From: Podarcis vaucheri
Taxonomy: Eukaryota
Assembly (NCBI GenBank): GCA_965113315.1
Contig: OZ220372.1
Reading direction: 5' to 3' (one strand)
Length of the DNA: 64,000 bases
The translations under genes were made by a program, and so were the position numbers. The notes under the pieces are model-generated. The model was not told the origin of the DNA. It was given only the letters and a program-made list of their open reading frames with translations, and searched no databases. This document shows, piece after piece, positions 12,201 through 23,459 of the stretch (its first letter is position 1; every line of letters starts with the position of its first letter).

Positions 12201-14526
12201 GTACTTCATGGATACATGGTGCAAAGAATCAATTGTGCTGAAAAAAGCACATGGAACATAGTTAGATCTTTCAAAACCCACCAAGTTCCTACAAAAAAAA
12301 ATTCTAAAATACCGTACTTTCACAAACTTTGAAACAAGGGCCATTTGGGTACTACATAACTGGTGCTTTTCATGTTGTTGCATGAAGGACATTTCCTCCC
12401 ACACTCTCCCGATGTGCTTTCTGGGGACTTCTCTGCATAGAAGGGAGTTGGAAAACCCTGGAACATTCATGTGTATTTAGATGGATCAAGGGCTACAAAA
12501 ACAAGCTGGCCTGAGACAGCTCTTACACATGTGTCTTCAGAGTGTTCTGGAGCTGCCATCAGTTGCACAATTGGACAATGTGTGATTGGCAGCAGTCCAT
12601 TTTGGCAGCACAGCATTCCCACAAATCTCAGCTCTAACATGGAGGTGCCAATCAAGTTCTCACCAGATCTGAGACGTGATTTCCAATGCATATGTCAAAA
12701 TTTGCTTCCTTGTTGAGGGAAAGCATATTCATGAGTAGCTTGGCATTTGCAAACAAAAACCAAAAGTCATTCTCCACTTTTCATCCCTTTAGATGCTAAT
12801 CACAGCAGAGTAGCACAACAATCTCCACTGCCCGATTTGTAAGTAGGCAGGGAACTGTGCACTCCCTGTACTGGCCTACAGAAAAGCTCTAAAAGGCAAT
12901 CAATTTCAAAGGTTTGCATTGATGTTTTTTTTTTTTTTAACAACAGGAGGCTGTTATACTGGAGAATACTTGCTTTAGTTTTATGGGTGAAGGGCCAAAG
13001 ACAGAAGGGGTGTGGCAGGAGGGGAACAGCAGGGCTGGAAAGGGGAGGGGCAGAAAAGGGAAGCTGTGGTGGGTAGAGGGAGGGGGGTGCTCATTGTGTG
13101 ACACAAAAGGCAACTTACTGACACTCTATTGCCCACAACCACCTGACACTCTGAACTACGATCTCATCTATTGGATTCTACTCTCCCAGACTACTGCAAA
13201 GTCATGGCAGCTAGAGGGTTCAGGAAGTATTAAATGAAATAAAAAGAATTAATAAGTCTCCAAATATAAAATGTTGCTTTCATTAGCAGGCTGCAGTCTT
13301 GGCTCACTGACCTGCATTCAATAATGATTTTATTTTATTTTGCAGATTATGAAAGCAAAGGACTCTAAATGCATTCCATGGCTTGCCAAATGTAAACTCA
13401 ACTAATTTATCACCACTGTCATCAAAGACAACAAGTCTCAGAATAATATGAAAAGTAAAGGAGAAGCTGATCCCTGTTTACAGGTTTCCCATTGTAATTT
13501 CATATGATACAAAAAAAAATGGAAAGGGGGGAGGAAAGACAAGTAACATTAGGTCTATTTTAACAAGAGTACATTACTATGTCCCATTACAGTGAGCTGT
13601 TTTACATTCACACAGTGACGTTAATTGCCATACTTTAAGGTTTCAACCTGTTGTAGTGGATGTTCCATTTGTGTTATGGGTGATGTTATGTGCTTGCATT
13701 CATATCTATTCTCAAACTTGAGCTAACTTGAACTGAATCATTAACATATCCTTTGGGAAAGAAAACCAGAGATTTTTGTATCATGCACTAGATTATCAGC
13801 TTTTTCCAAGCTGCTACCCTCCAGATGTTTTAGGATGGAACTCATTTTATCTTTGACCACCTCATCTAGGAATGATGAGAATTGTAGTCCTAAACAACTT
13901 TTAAAAAAAGGAATCTACACTGTGTGTATGTGATTAATTTAGTACTGTGCTGTGCTGAAATCTGTCCACCAATTTCTATCATGTTGTCATCTTCTGTGAA
14001 AGAAGTTTCCATGTTTCTGTCTCGTCCATAGAATACTTTATAATTTCTCAAGAATTTCAGTGAGTGCAGGGTTTTGTTTTTTGTTTTGCTTACCTTGTCA
14101 TTGTGAGGTGGTTAAGTGTGGTGTATGTGTTTTTTGTCCCAGTAAACATTTCTCTAGCACTCTGCAGCTTTCCTGGCTACCTAAGCTTCCTGATCTGAAA
14201 AAGCCCCATAGGAGGAGTTAGGTCATGATATTTCCCCCTGAGGTTTGATTGAGATGCAAGCACTCAGGAAGGTTTCAAAGAGCAGACCAATGGTGAGTCG
14301 ATCTGAAAATTTAAAGGACACTCACAGACACCCCTCAAGCACCTCAGAGTTGAGGCAAGCACAGCAAAACCCTGCTCCCCACCTATGTGAATTTTACCAA
14401 AGTTTTCTCTTCTCTTTGATAATTTTCAAATGCAATTATTTTTCCTCACAGATTGATAGAGAATGGTTAAGATAAATGCTGGAGAATCTTTTAGCAGAGC
14501 AGCATCAGTTTAATAATTATATTAAG

Positions 14527-14652
14527 CAGCGTTATTTTCCCAGAAAAAGAGATGTCAGAACTCACCACGAATACCTCCCTTGTTCTCTTATAATGGAAAT
14601 GGTGTCCTCCTGAGAGGTGCTGGAACTGAGTTCTGGCTGAAAAGCAGCCCTG
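14527..14652. mobile_element. Decayed short hAT-like MITE
   Basis: Right end gaaaagcagccctg, degenerate left end cagcgttattttc, internal ggaactgagttct-type inverted motifs; TSD not verified. Confidence 0.4.
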
Positions 14653-15624
14653 GTATTAAGTGCCTTGATAACTAAGAGAGAAAGGCAGTGTGTGCGTGTT
14701 TTTTAAAACAATAAACAGAAAAATAAATAAACCCAACCACATACCTATGAATCTTCCTGTGAGCCTGCCATGCCCAACACAAGGACTGAATTGTAATTGT
14801 CCTCTAGTGAAATGGTATCCTTGTGCATATAACTGGAAATACTGCACTCTCATACACAAACACCAAATCTGATTTGTCTCACATTATACCCAAGCCCGAC
14901 AATATATTTCATTGTCAGAGTACCATTAGAAAGATCCATAATTTTTCCATGAAAAACTTTTGTTTTTGCTTTAAACAGATTAATTATACATTGAGATAAA
15001 GTCTTTCATGTATAACTAAGAAATCTCACTCTTATCTAATGCTGTTTAAAAATCCAAAGTATCATCTCTTAGACACCCTTCACTGCACGGGGCTTTCCAT
15101 ATATATATCATCAGTTCTTAAGCTCTGTGGGGATCAATGAAAACCATGTTCGAGATGTTTTAATTTGTACATAGCAGAACAGATTGGGATTTCATTTGCG
15201 GAAGTGTAATTGAGGTAATACCCATTTCCAATAAGGTGGAATATTAGATTTTCATCAGCGTGCCTCCATTTGGAAGGTGGCAAAAGAATTGTTTTCAAAT
15301 AGGCATAGTTGCTGAGGAACATCCTTGTCCCTGAGCTTATTCACCCAGTGCATAAACCTCAAGGAGAAGGTATGCCAGCAGTTATGTCAGCACATTGCAA
15401 ATAATGGGACTAAACTGGAATTGTGCCCATATCCTAGGCAAATGTTCTACTGTTAGAGGAGGGAGATGAGGCAAGCATCTATACAAAACTGAATATATTG
15501 GAACAGCAGCTGCTGTCTTTCAGATGGCAGCAAGGATGAATGGGTTAAGAACATGAATTGAGCCATGTTTCTAATTCACATATGTTTCATTAGGTTTCAT
15601 GCCTATTCATTTTTAATAGGCATA

Positions 15625-15770
15625 GTTACACAGCAAGCTGTTCTGTATTGTGATCAGACCATTGGTCCTTCTACTTCAGCACTGTTGACACTCACTGGTA
15701 GCAGTTCTCCAGAGTTTGGGCTTGGGATGTCCTAGGTGCAAAATATTTGCTCTAGCCCTGAGCTATGAAC
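15625..15770 (-). mobile_element. Decayed tRNA-derived SINE
   Basis: Minus strand begins catagctcagggctagagca (A-box-like) and ends with agtgtcaacagtgctgaagtagaaggaccaatggtctga; related to 33555-33685. Confidence 0.5.
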
Positions 15771-16574
15771 CTTTCAAAGTGAAAAGGTGGATGATTGTTT
15801 ACATACACCCATGGTTGTTTTTCTGAGGAAAGATATTACAAGAAATTATTCTTTCAGGGCTTTTTCTTGCTGAAATCTTACATTGTAGCTTCACATAAAA
15901 TCCATAGTAATAAATTATATTCCATTCCATATGTATCAAAGAAGATGTGATACACATAAATATTTGTTCTTATCCACTGGAACGATAAGGTGCTATCTAA
16001 CCCTTGGGCAAGTTTGCACTAAAGTCTTGAAATTCTACCTCCATTTTCAATCAAACTGAATAAATCATAAATCAAAGCCTATAGATGAAGGTTAATTCAC
16101 GCTCTTTCAGATGGAGTTTTTCTGAGTCTGAACAAACATCACTGTCAGCAGCAATGCAAAAAAGAATGGCAAAGACTATTCAGAAAAAAAGATGTCCAAA
16201 ATTAGCAGACAAATCCTGTAGTCTACAAAGTAAATGAAGGACTTGGCATTTTTTTATATAAAAAAAATAATGAATCTATTGCAGATGGATCATAGATAAT
16301 TTTTGTCTTCATATGCCTAGTATCATTTTGTTACACATTTCATCCAAATAATTACTTACTAATGAATTAAAATGCACAATCTGCCTATTTTGCCATGGGA
16401 TCCATCTCTGCAGCTAGCCTTGAAGGCAACAACATAAATGGCTCTATTAAGAGAGTAAATGTGATATAAGTTTGTGAAGGCAGCAAATGCAAGTGATCCA
16501 ATTAGAACATGTTGCAAACTTTAGGGACTACAATTTCTTTCCTTGCATGATGTAAGGAAAATGAGATGATGCTG

Positions 16575-16762
16575 GTGCTGATGATATCCTACCTTTCCTT
16601 AAAGGAGCTCAAAGTGACATCACATGGCGATCCTCCTCCTCTTTGCAATGAGGTATGTGAAGCTGAGAGACTGTGACTGACCCAAGGTGGTCTAGTAAGC
16701 TTCATGGCTATGTGGGGATTTGAACCCCGGTCTCCCAAGTCCTAGTCCAACCACTGCACCTG
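16575..16762 (-). mobile_element. Old tRNA-derived MIR/Squam3-like SINE
   Basis: Minus-strand B box ggttcaaatcccc followed by the accttgggtcagtcacagtctctcagc core; same family as 48550-48780. Confidence 0.65.
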
Positions 16763-19700
16763 ACTTACAATTGTTCTGATGCTGGGTAACTTGCAAGAAC
16801 AAAAATCAAACATATTGCCATAGCCATGGAAATCAGGACCATCAACAGTAAATGTGTGACATTTGTTTGAGCAATAAATTCAAGACGGACTGTCATGCAA
16901 GTATACACCAGGATAGAACGGCACCTCCAAATTCAAAAAGAAAGGAGGGGAGAACTCAAATAACATACAGCCCGAAAGTAGAGAATGGTGATGTAGGAAC
17001 CAGAGCTCCAGCTTTGGTTTTATAACTACTTGTTCAAGGCAGCAACTGGAATGAATATACCCAATAACATTTTCCATTTGCGATTTGTCTCTTGTTCTCA
17101 AATGTTTGAGCTGGAGCAGGTGCAATGCAGTTTCTATAGCTTTGGTGTGTTCATTGGGTAAGCATGCTTCTTTTGATTTCTTTTTTCCCCCCATTCTGGT
17201 TTTTCATCTGATTCTTCTGCTGTGGGGGTTTTAGATTGAAAGAGCATCTTGACTTTCAGTGCCTAAGTGCTGATCAAAAGGATGAAGAAAAAAAGCCAAA
17301 CCCATGCACTCCGCAGGTGTTCCTTCTTGCTCTCGCTTACCGATCAGTTTTAGTGACTTGGATGTGCAGAGCTGCCAATATTAAATGTAAAAGATATCAC
17401 ACTATGAGTACCATTAGCTTCCCAAGTTATATAGGATGCAATTATTGATTTCTAAGACTTATTTTAAGTCTTTTATCATGGGGCAAGGCACCTGCAGGAA
17501 AAGCTTGTCATTTTTATGAAGCTGCTCAGTGATTAGGTACTCCCTATTTACTGATGATTCTTTAGTACAACAGCATCTACAACAGCAGACAAGGTGTTCC
17601 AAAATATTTCCATTGCAGTAAGAAATCCACCCTAAGGGCCTTTGTATCTGCTAGCATTTCCAGTTGCATAACCTGTTAATACTCGTGTGCGTTATCCACA
17701 TGTGCCCAGATTTATTTTAATCATGTTAATACATCACTGTGAACTGCTACTTTACAAACTAGGTAATTTGTTGCCTGAAGGCATTAGACTATATGCTGAA
17801 AACTTCATGTTTCAATAAGCAACACAGTTATTTCTCATTTGGAGTGTCTAGAGGAGAGTGAGGGAGATAGTTAGAAGGATGTGTTACCTACAATGAGCCT
17901 CCCATGAATATTTCAAGTGATGTGATATTCATACTCATCTAGTGAATCAACCTCGTTATGGTCTTTGCAAATTCACAGAAAGGCACATAATTTATCTGTA
18001 GTCCACTGCATAGCTTAACCCAATTATTTCACAAGGCATGGGAATCTACCTTCAGTTATTCACAAAACTGTGACTTTCCTTTTGCTGGTGATAAACTGGA
18101 TTATGAATTCTTTTAAATTTTAATTGTGGGGACAGTGAACAGTGAGTGAATGGATAAATGGGGTATGGATGGGATGAATAGGCTATCTTCTCTACCATTG
18201 ACTACGCAGAATGCAGAGGATGAGTAAAAGAGTGGTTCCCTTTGTCTTCAGACAATTGGAATATGGCCCATATATGACCCCTAAATGATTATAGATTCCA
18301 ACACCTCTGAATTCAATGAACTGAATTAGAAGGAAACCCAAACACTTTTCTTGAGTAATTTTGACTGGGCGAACACCATACATTTAAATCACATCTCCTC
18401 CCACAACCTATAAGCCTGGGAACTATGATTTACCCTTCACAGGGCTATAATTCTCAGCACCCTTAACAAACTACTTTTACTAGGATTCTTTGGTGCAGGA
18501 AATGTGCATTTAAATTTATTGTGCATATGAAGCCTACCACTCAAATACAATGCTAATAAGAAATGGAATTGGAATTGGCACAAAATTTTCTTATAATGTG
18601 GTAGGAGGACGACACAAGATGAATTTAAAGATTCTCCCTTGGTAAAAGCATCCAGTACATTTTGAGGAAAGCAAAACTAACTTCAGTAAGACTGGTGATA
18701 ATTCTAAGGACATTTCTCATTCATATATCCCAAGATAAGCAGAATTTGGGCTCAGCAATCTTTATATTCTTCTTATGTATGTTTTTTCTTAGAAAAAACA
18801 CACCCAGTGAGTTCCCCTCCTTCTTTTTAATTCCCCTAAGCAATGCCATTTTGACATACAGTTCGCAAAGGGTTTTCCTTTGCCGGTATTCTTCTGTGGA
18901 CCAAGAACATTACCTCAGAACTGGCCTTTAAAGGAAATGCTGCTCTTGGTTGCCCTGAACAGACAGACTATGTCAGTGTACATTAAAAGAGCACTAGTAT
19001 TATATATTATGCCAGAGCTATGCAAACCAGCCATTATTCTTCCACTAAAAGCAGCTCTTGTGACCTCTGCTTCTGTGGAAGACACCTGCAACAGATAAAT
19101 GCCTGCCCAGCAGAACTATCTGATTGGGAAGTTCATTGCGAATTCTCTTTTCCCTGCCAAGTTTTGGGGTGATAAAATGGTGTCAGTCTAATCACCAAGA
19201 GTAATATTATCATTCAGGGAAGGATACAAATTAGTGAATGATCACCACCACCCCTGGCTTGTTTCAGAATTAAGCTCAGCAAATGGAGGTGTTTTGCCTG
19301 CCAATCATAAAACACTTCAATGCCTGATTACAAAATTCAGACTCTTTGGTGCCCAGTTATAATCAACAGAGTGTGATTTCTGAATGAGTCCCTCACCCGT
19401 CAGTAAACTGTTGTCCCACATCGTGAAAATACTTGGCTAGATGGACACATAGTTGGACATTGGGTAAGGCAGCTCTCGTGGTTCCTGCCTTTGTTTTTGT
19501 TTAAAAAAATCATTTTAATAATTGGGGTAAAAACCAAACAGTTCTTAGGAAAGAAAGTGACACAGAGAAAACAAGTGGTTGTTGCCAGTATAATAAAGGA
19601 AAGGAAAAGAGTCATAATCTGGCTAAAACACTTGGGTAAGCCTGAAATAGAGGCTGGGGCAGATTGGTGTCTGGAATTAAGCCAAGGTGCATCAAAGGAT

Positions 19701-21481
19701 TTTAATATGAATCTCTCCTAATTTGTTTGTATGCAATTTCCCCTAAATCCTGCGTTTTTACAAAAGCACGTAACCACATTTAATGCATTTTTATCTTGTT
19801 TTTATGCACACTTTCCCCTAGTTTGTGCACTTTGAGGCACATGACTTTGCTGGAGAACTGAATTATAAAATTCAGAGCAGTGTGAATTTCAAAAGATGAT
19901 TGTGCTTTGATTCAGGTATTGATTCAGAAGGTGTGAAGGAGGTAGATTTGCTTTTAAAAGTGAACTTAATACAAACTGGGTGCCTTGAGCAATGGTTTGG
20001 ATCAACATCCTTCACCAGAATTCTTTCCCCTCCCCTGGAATTTAGTGCCCCCTGTCAGTGGCAGACTTTGGGTTCTCAAATTTGAGCGGCACCCTGTGCG
20101 ATGCTAAAATTCAGTGCCCCCCCATGCCTCTTGCATTCCATTCTACATCATTGTTTTGGCACCCCCTGCAGCATGGTGCCCAGTCAAACTATACCAGTTG
20201 TGCCACCCTAAAACTGCCTCTGCCTCTCCCTTTCTTTGAGATTGTGATACGCTCATTTCAAATAAACACCACTTTGCAAAGAAAAGCCCCTTCCGTGCTG
20301 TAGTCAAAGTTCTCTTTTGATTTGGTTTCAATAGCAGTTCTGTGACCAATCATATGTGAAAAATAGGTTACAACGAAGAAGCTCCAGGTCTGATGAAAGA
20401 AAGGTAAAGCCAGGGATACATGTAATTCTCAAAGCTTTCATTGTTAATATTTTATGGACCTCGCTGGTGTGCCCTGAAGTAGAAGCACGCACACACACAC
20501 ACAGATCTTCCACTTAAGCATGCAAGGCAAAGTAATAGGTTTCATCTCTAGATGGGGGGAGGTGAAATTCAAAGCGCAACCAAGATGTCAGGTGTAAGAA
20601 ACAAAACCATTTTCCATCTTATTCGTGACAGGCCTTTGTGAGGCTTGGCCTTCTCTGCACCACAGAGACATCGCTGGAATACAAAGCTTTACATAAAATG
20701 ACCAATGGACTGAAATCTGATCCATACAATATCTGAGGTTTATTCACTCCCCATTTATAATTCCTCTTCATATTCCAGAAGTCTCCAATAATCAATGCTC
20801 ATCTCTTAACCAAATACTGAAGAAGACAGTGATTAGCCCAAGCAATCTGTCCGCATTCTGGATGTATTTGCATGGTGGGAGGGTGGGAAGAATATCAAAG
20901 AAAAATCATTATTTTCATCCATTCGTTGACCCATCTCAGTGATGCATAAGAAAAATTTATTAGCCAAAAGTGAAAGATCTGTATCAGCTAAACAGCTTTA
21001 AATTAGTTATCTGAAATAGTAAGCGCTGAAATTAAAGAGGCTTTCCTCCCCACTACATGCTTCCATTAATGCATTTTTCTAAGAATACAGCTAAGTGTTT
21101 GGGTGGTCCCATTAAATGGAGACAAGTGTTAACTAAGCTTAAACAAAACTCCACACACACACAGCCTTCATTCAGTGACCCATATCACTGAGACAGACAA
21201 ACATCGTTTGGGCATGAACTGGGTAAATAAGGTTTATGCCAAAAAGCCTTCTGCGTTGTAACTGGAGAATGAAATTAAGGACTCCAACAGTTATATTCTT
21301 CTTTTTAAGTAAATTTGCCATTAACTTTCACAAATATTTATGGTTCTGATGTAGACTTCCTATCATATCTTCATGATTCTTTTTGACATCTGCAGGTGCT
21401 GACTTATGACTATCTACTTATTGAGGGTGGTTTCAGTGTTATCCTAGATCCAGGGTTGGATTGAAACTACCCTCTTTTCAG

Positions 21482-21900
21482 ACACTTCCGGTTCGGCGCC
21501 AGCGCTAATGGCTGCTCTCTCTCCGAGCTCCGGAGAGAGGACGGCTCTGCGAGTTCGGGTCTGACCCGCTTCGGCAAGCGGGGGACCCCTAAAATCACAG
21601 GAACGGATCCTGTGAACAAGGAGATTCGGTGGGCACCCGAAGCGCCCCCTCTTTACCGCAGAAAGAGCCTTTTTAAAGGCTCCGGAACGACAACGGGGGA
21701 GCGCGGTGCTGAGAATCGCTACCCAGCCCGCAGAGTGAAGCCGCGTCGCCATTAGTGGAGAGCGCCGATTCCCTTCCTGAATAATCTGGACAAAAAAGAC
21801 CCGTGAGTAAGACGGAACCTCTATTCGAATTTAAACTACCTGAAATTAGGCTGAAAACGGGAAAGGCAAAAATTAAGGAAGTCTGCCTTCCCCCGACTGC
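21482..21900 (+). promoter_or_regulatory. CpG-rich internal promoter of the L1 5'UTR
   Basis: Dense CpG against CpG-poor flanks; ETS-like CACTTCCGG at the very 5' end; YY1-like CTAATGGC at 21505-21512 and, on the opposite strand, at 21748-21755. Confidence 0.7.
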
Positions 21901-22414
21901 ATGATAATCAAAGCAACGAAAGTTACTAAGCTGCATCCGTAAGGGAAAATCGTTTTTAAATGCTTGAACCCGACATTTGGACTTTGACTATCCCCTCCAG
22001 CTTGCAGGGCAGAGGGGAGGAAAAAGTGACTTTATAAGCTGCATGACTAATTTAAAGGAAAAGGAAACTTTCTGCAGCCTCCAACCTGGTACGAACTGCT
22101 CATAAAACAAAGGAACACTGAACTGACTTCAGATTCCTGTGAAAGTAACAAAGTGGAAGCTTTATTGTTTATTTGTTACAAAGTTTTGGGACTTTGTGGA
22201 TACATTATATCAGGGAAGGCTGGGACTCTATTTACTGGGAAAGTGTTGCATTATACTTATAGAAGCCTCCTGATAAATTTGCTTTTTAACACTCTTTATT
22301 TCGGTTTGCGGACATTCTGATTTGCTCCCTCTAGAGGGTAAACTAAAAGTTGCTACGCTTTGGGACAGTGGAATTTTCTTAGGAGAAGGCTCTTGTGGGA
22401 AACGACCTTGGGAT

Positions 22415-23455
22415 ATGAGTGGCCCAGCAGACGAGATAAGCACGAGAGCCAAGACAAGGCAATATCAACAACAGCTGCAGCAACACAAGAAAAGAGGCTC
22501 GATCTCAGGAATAACTTCTACAGTGACAACAGGACAAGAAAGAGGTACAGCAGTCTCCATGGATGCAGTATCGCAAGCCCTTCTTAAGATAAATCAATCC
22601 CTGGAGAATTTAACAAAGCAAACGGCAGAGAACACTAAGAAATTGACAGAGAACTCACAGAAATTGACAGACTTGACAGCAAGACTTGATTTGAATACAG
22701 AATCTATAAATAAGCTTACGCAAGAGAACTCTGCCACACGTCAAATTGCGGAGGAAGCCAGAACTATTGCTGGAGAGACTCAGGAAAAATTAGAACCGAT
22801 TGCCAGGAAGGTCTATGACCACGATGCAACTCTGGCACTGTGGGAACTACAAAGAAAAGAAAGGAATCTGAAATTACGATCAATTCCAGAGGACGAAGGA
22901 GACAATCTCACGGACTTTTTAACGAAGGAGTTTGCTGATGCTTGGGAAGACTTAGAGGAAGACGAAATCAAAATCACAACGGCATTCAGACTGGGCAGAA
23001 GACAGAATAGAAAGGTACCGAGAGACTGCTTGATCACCTTGAGATCGAAGGAGGAAAGAGACAAAATATTAAGACTGCATTTTGAAAAGGCCTTACAAAT
23101 TGGGAATTCACCGATACAGATCTTTAAAGATATCCCTAAACATATTCTGGACTTGAGAGCTTCTTATAAGGACCTGGTTTACCTGCTCAAGAAGAACAAT
23201 ATTCGTTTTAGGTGGGAATTTCCACAGGGACTGTCCTTTGACTATAGGGGGAAGAAGGTGAAAATAAAGACGACACAGGATAAAGACAGCTTCCTGCATA
23301 AAAATCAAGAAGATCTACAGAAAGGAACTGTAGACCCAATTGCTGAGCAAAGGAGTGTAATAGATATCTTGAACCTCTCATTTGGACAGAACCTTCCACC
23401 ACCAACAGAGGAGGAACAACAATTGGGAGCAGTTGGAGGAATACCAGAAAAATAA
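22415..23455 (+). CDS. L1 ORF1p (coiled coil + RRM + C-terminal domain RNA chaperone), 346 aa from the first ATG
   Basis: First ATG at 22415 (MSGPADE); long heptad region (LENLTKQTAENTKKLTENSQKLTDLTARLD); RNLKLRSIPE, AFRLG, IQIFKDIP and FRWEFP motifs typical of L1 ORF1p; directly upstream of ORF2. Confidence 0.92.
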   Translation: MSGPADEISTRAKTRQYQQQLQQHKKRGSISGITSTVTTGQERGTAVSMDAVSQALLKINQSLENLTKQTAENTKKLTENSQKLTDLTARLDLNTESINKLTQENSATRQIAEEARTIAGETQEKLEPIARKVYDHDATLALWELQRKERNLKLRSIPEDEGDNLTDFLTKEFADAWEDLEEDEIKITTAFRLGRRQNRKVPRDCLITLRSKEERDKILRLHFEKALQIGNSPIQIFKDIPKHILDLRASYKDLVYLLKKNNIRFRWEFPQGLSFDYRGKKVKIKTTQDKDSFLHKNQEDLQKGTVDPIAEQRSVIDILNLSFGQNLPPPTEEEQQLGAVGGIPEK

Positions 23456-23459
23456 CAAG

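Noticed and set aside
22322-22414. ORF-track N-terminal extension of ORF1
   Set aside because: It starts at TTG; the first ATG is at 22415
23382-23459. ORF-track N-terminal extension of ORF2
   Set aside because: It starts at TTG inside ORF1; endonuclease homology begins at ATG 23460
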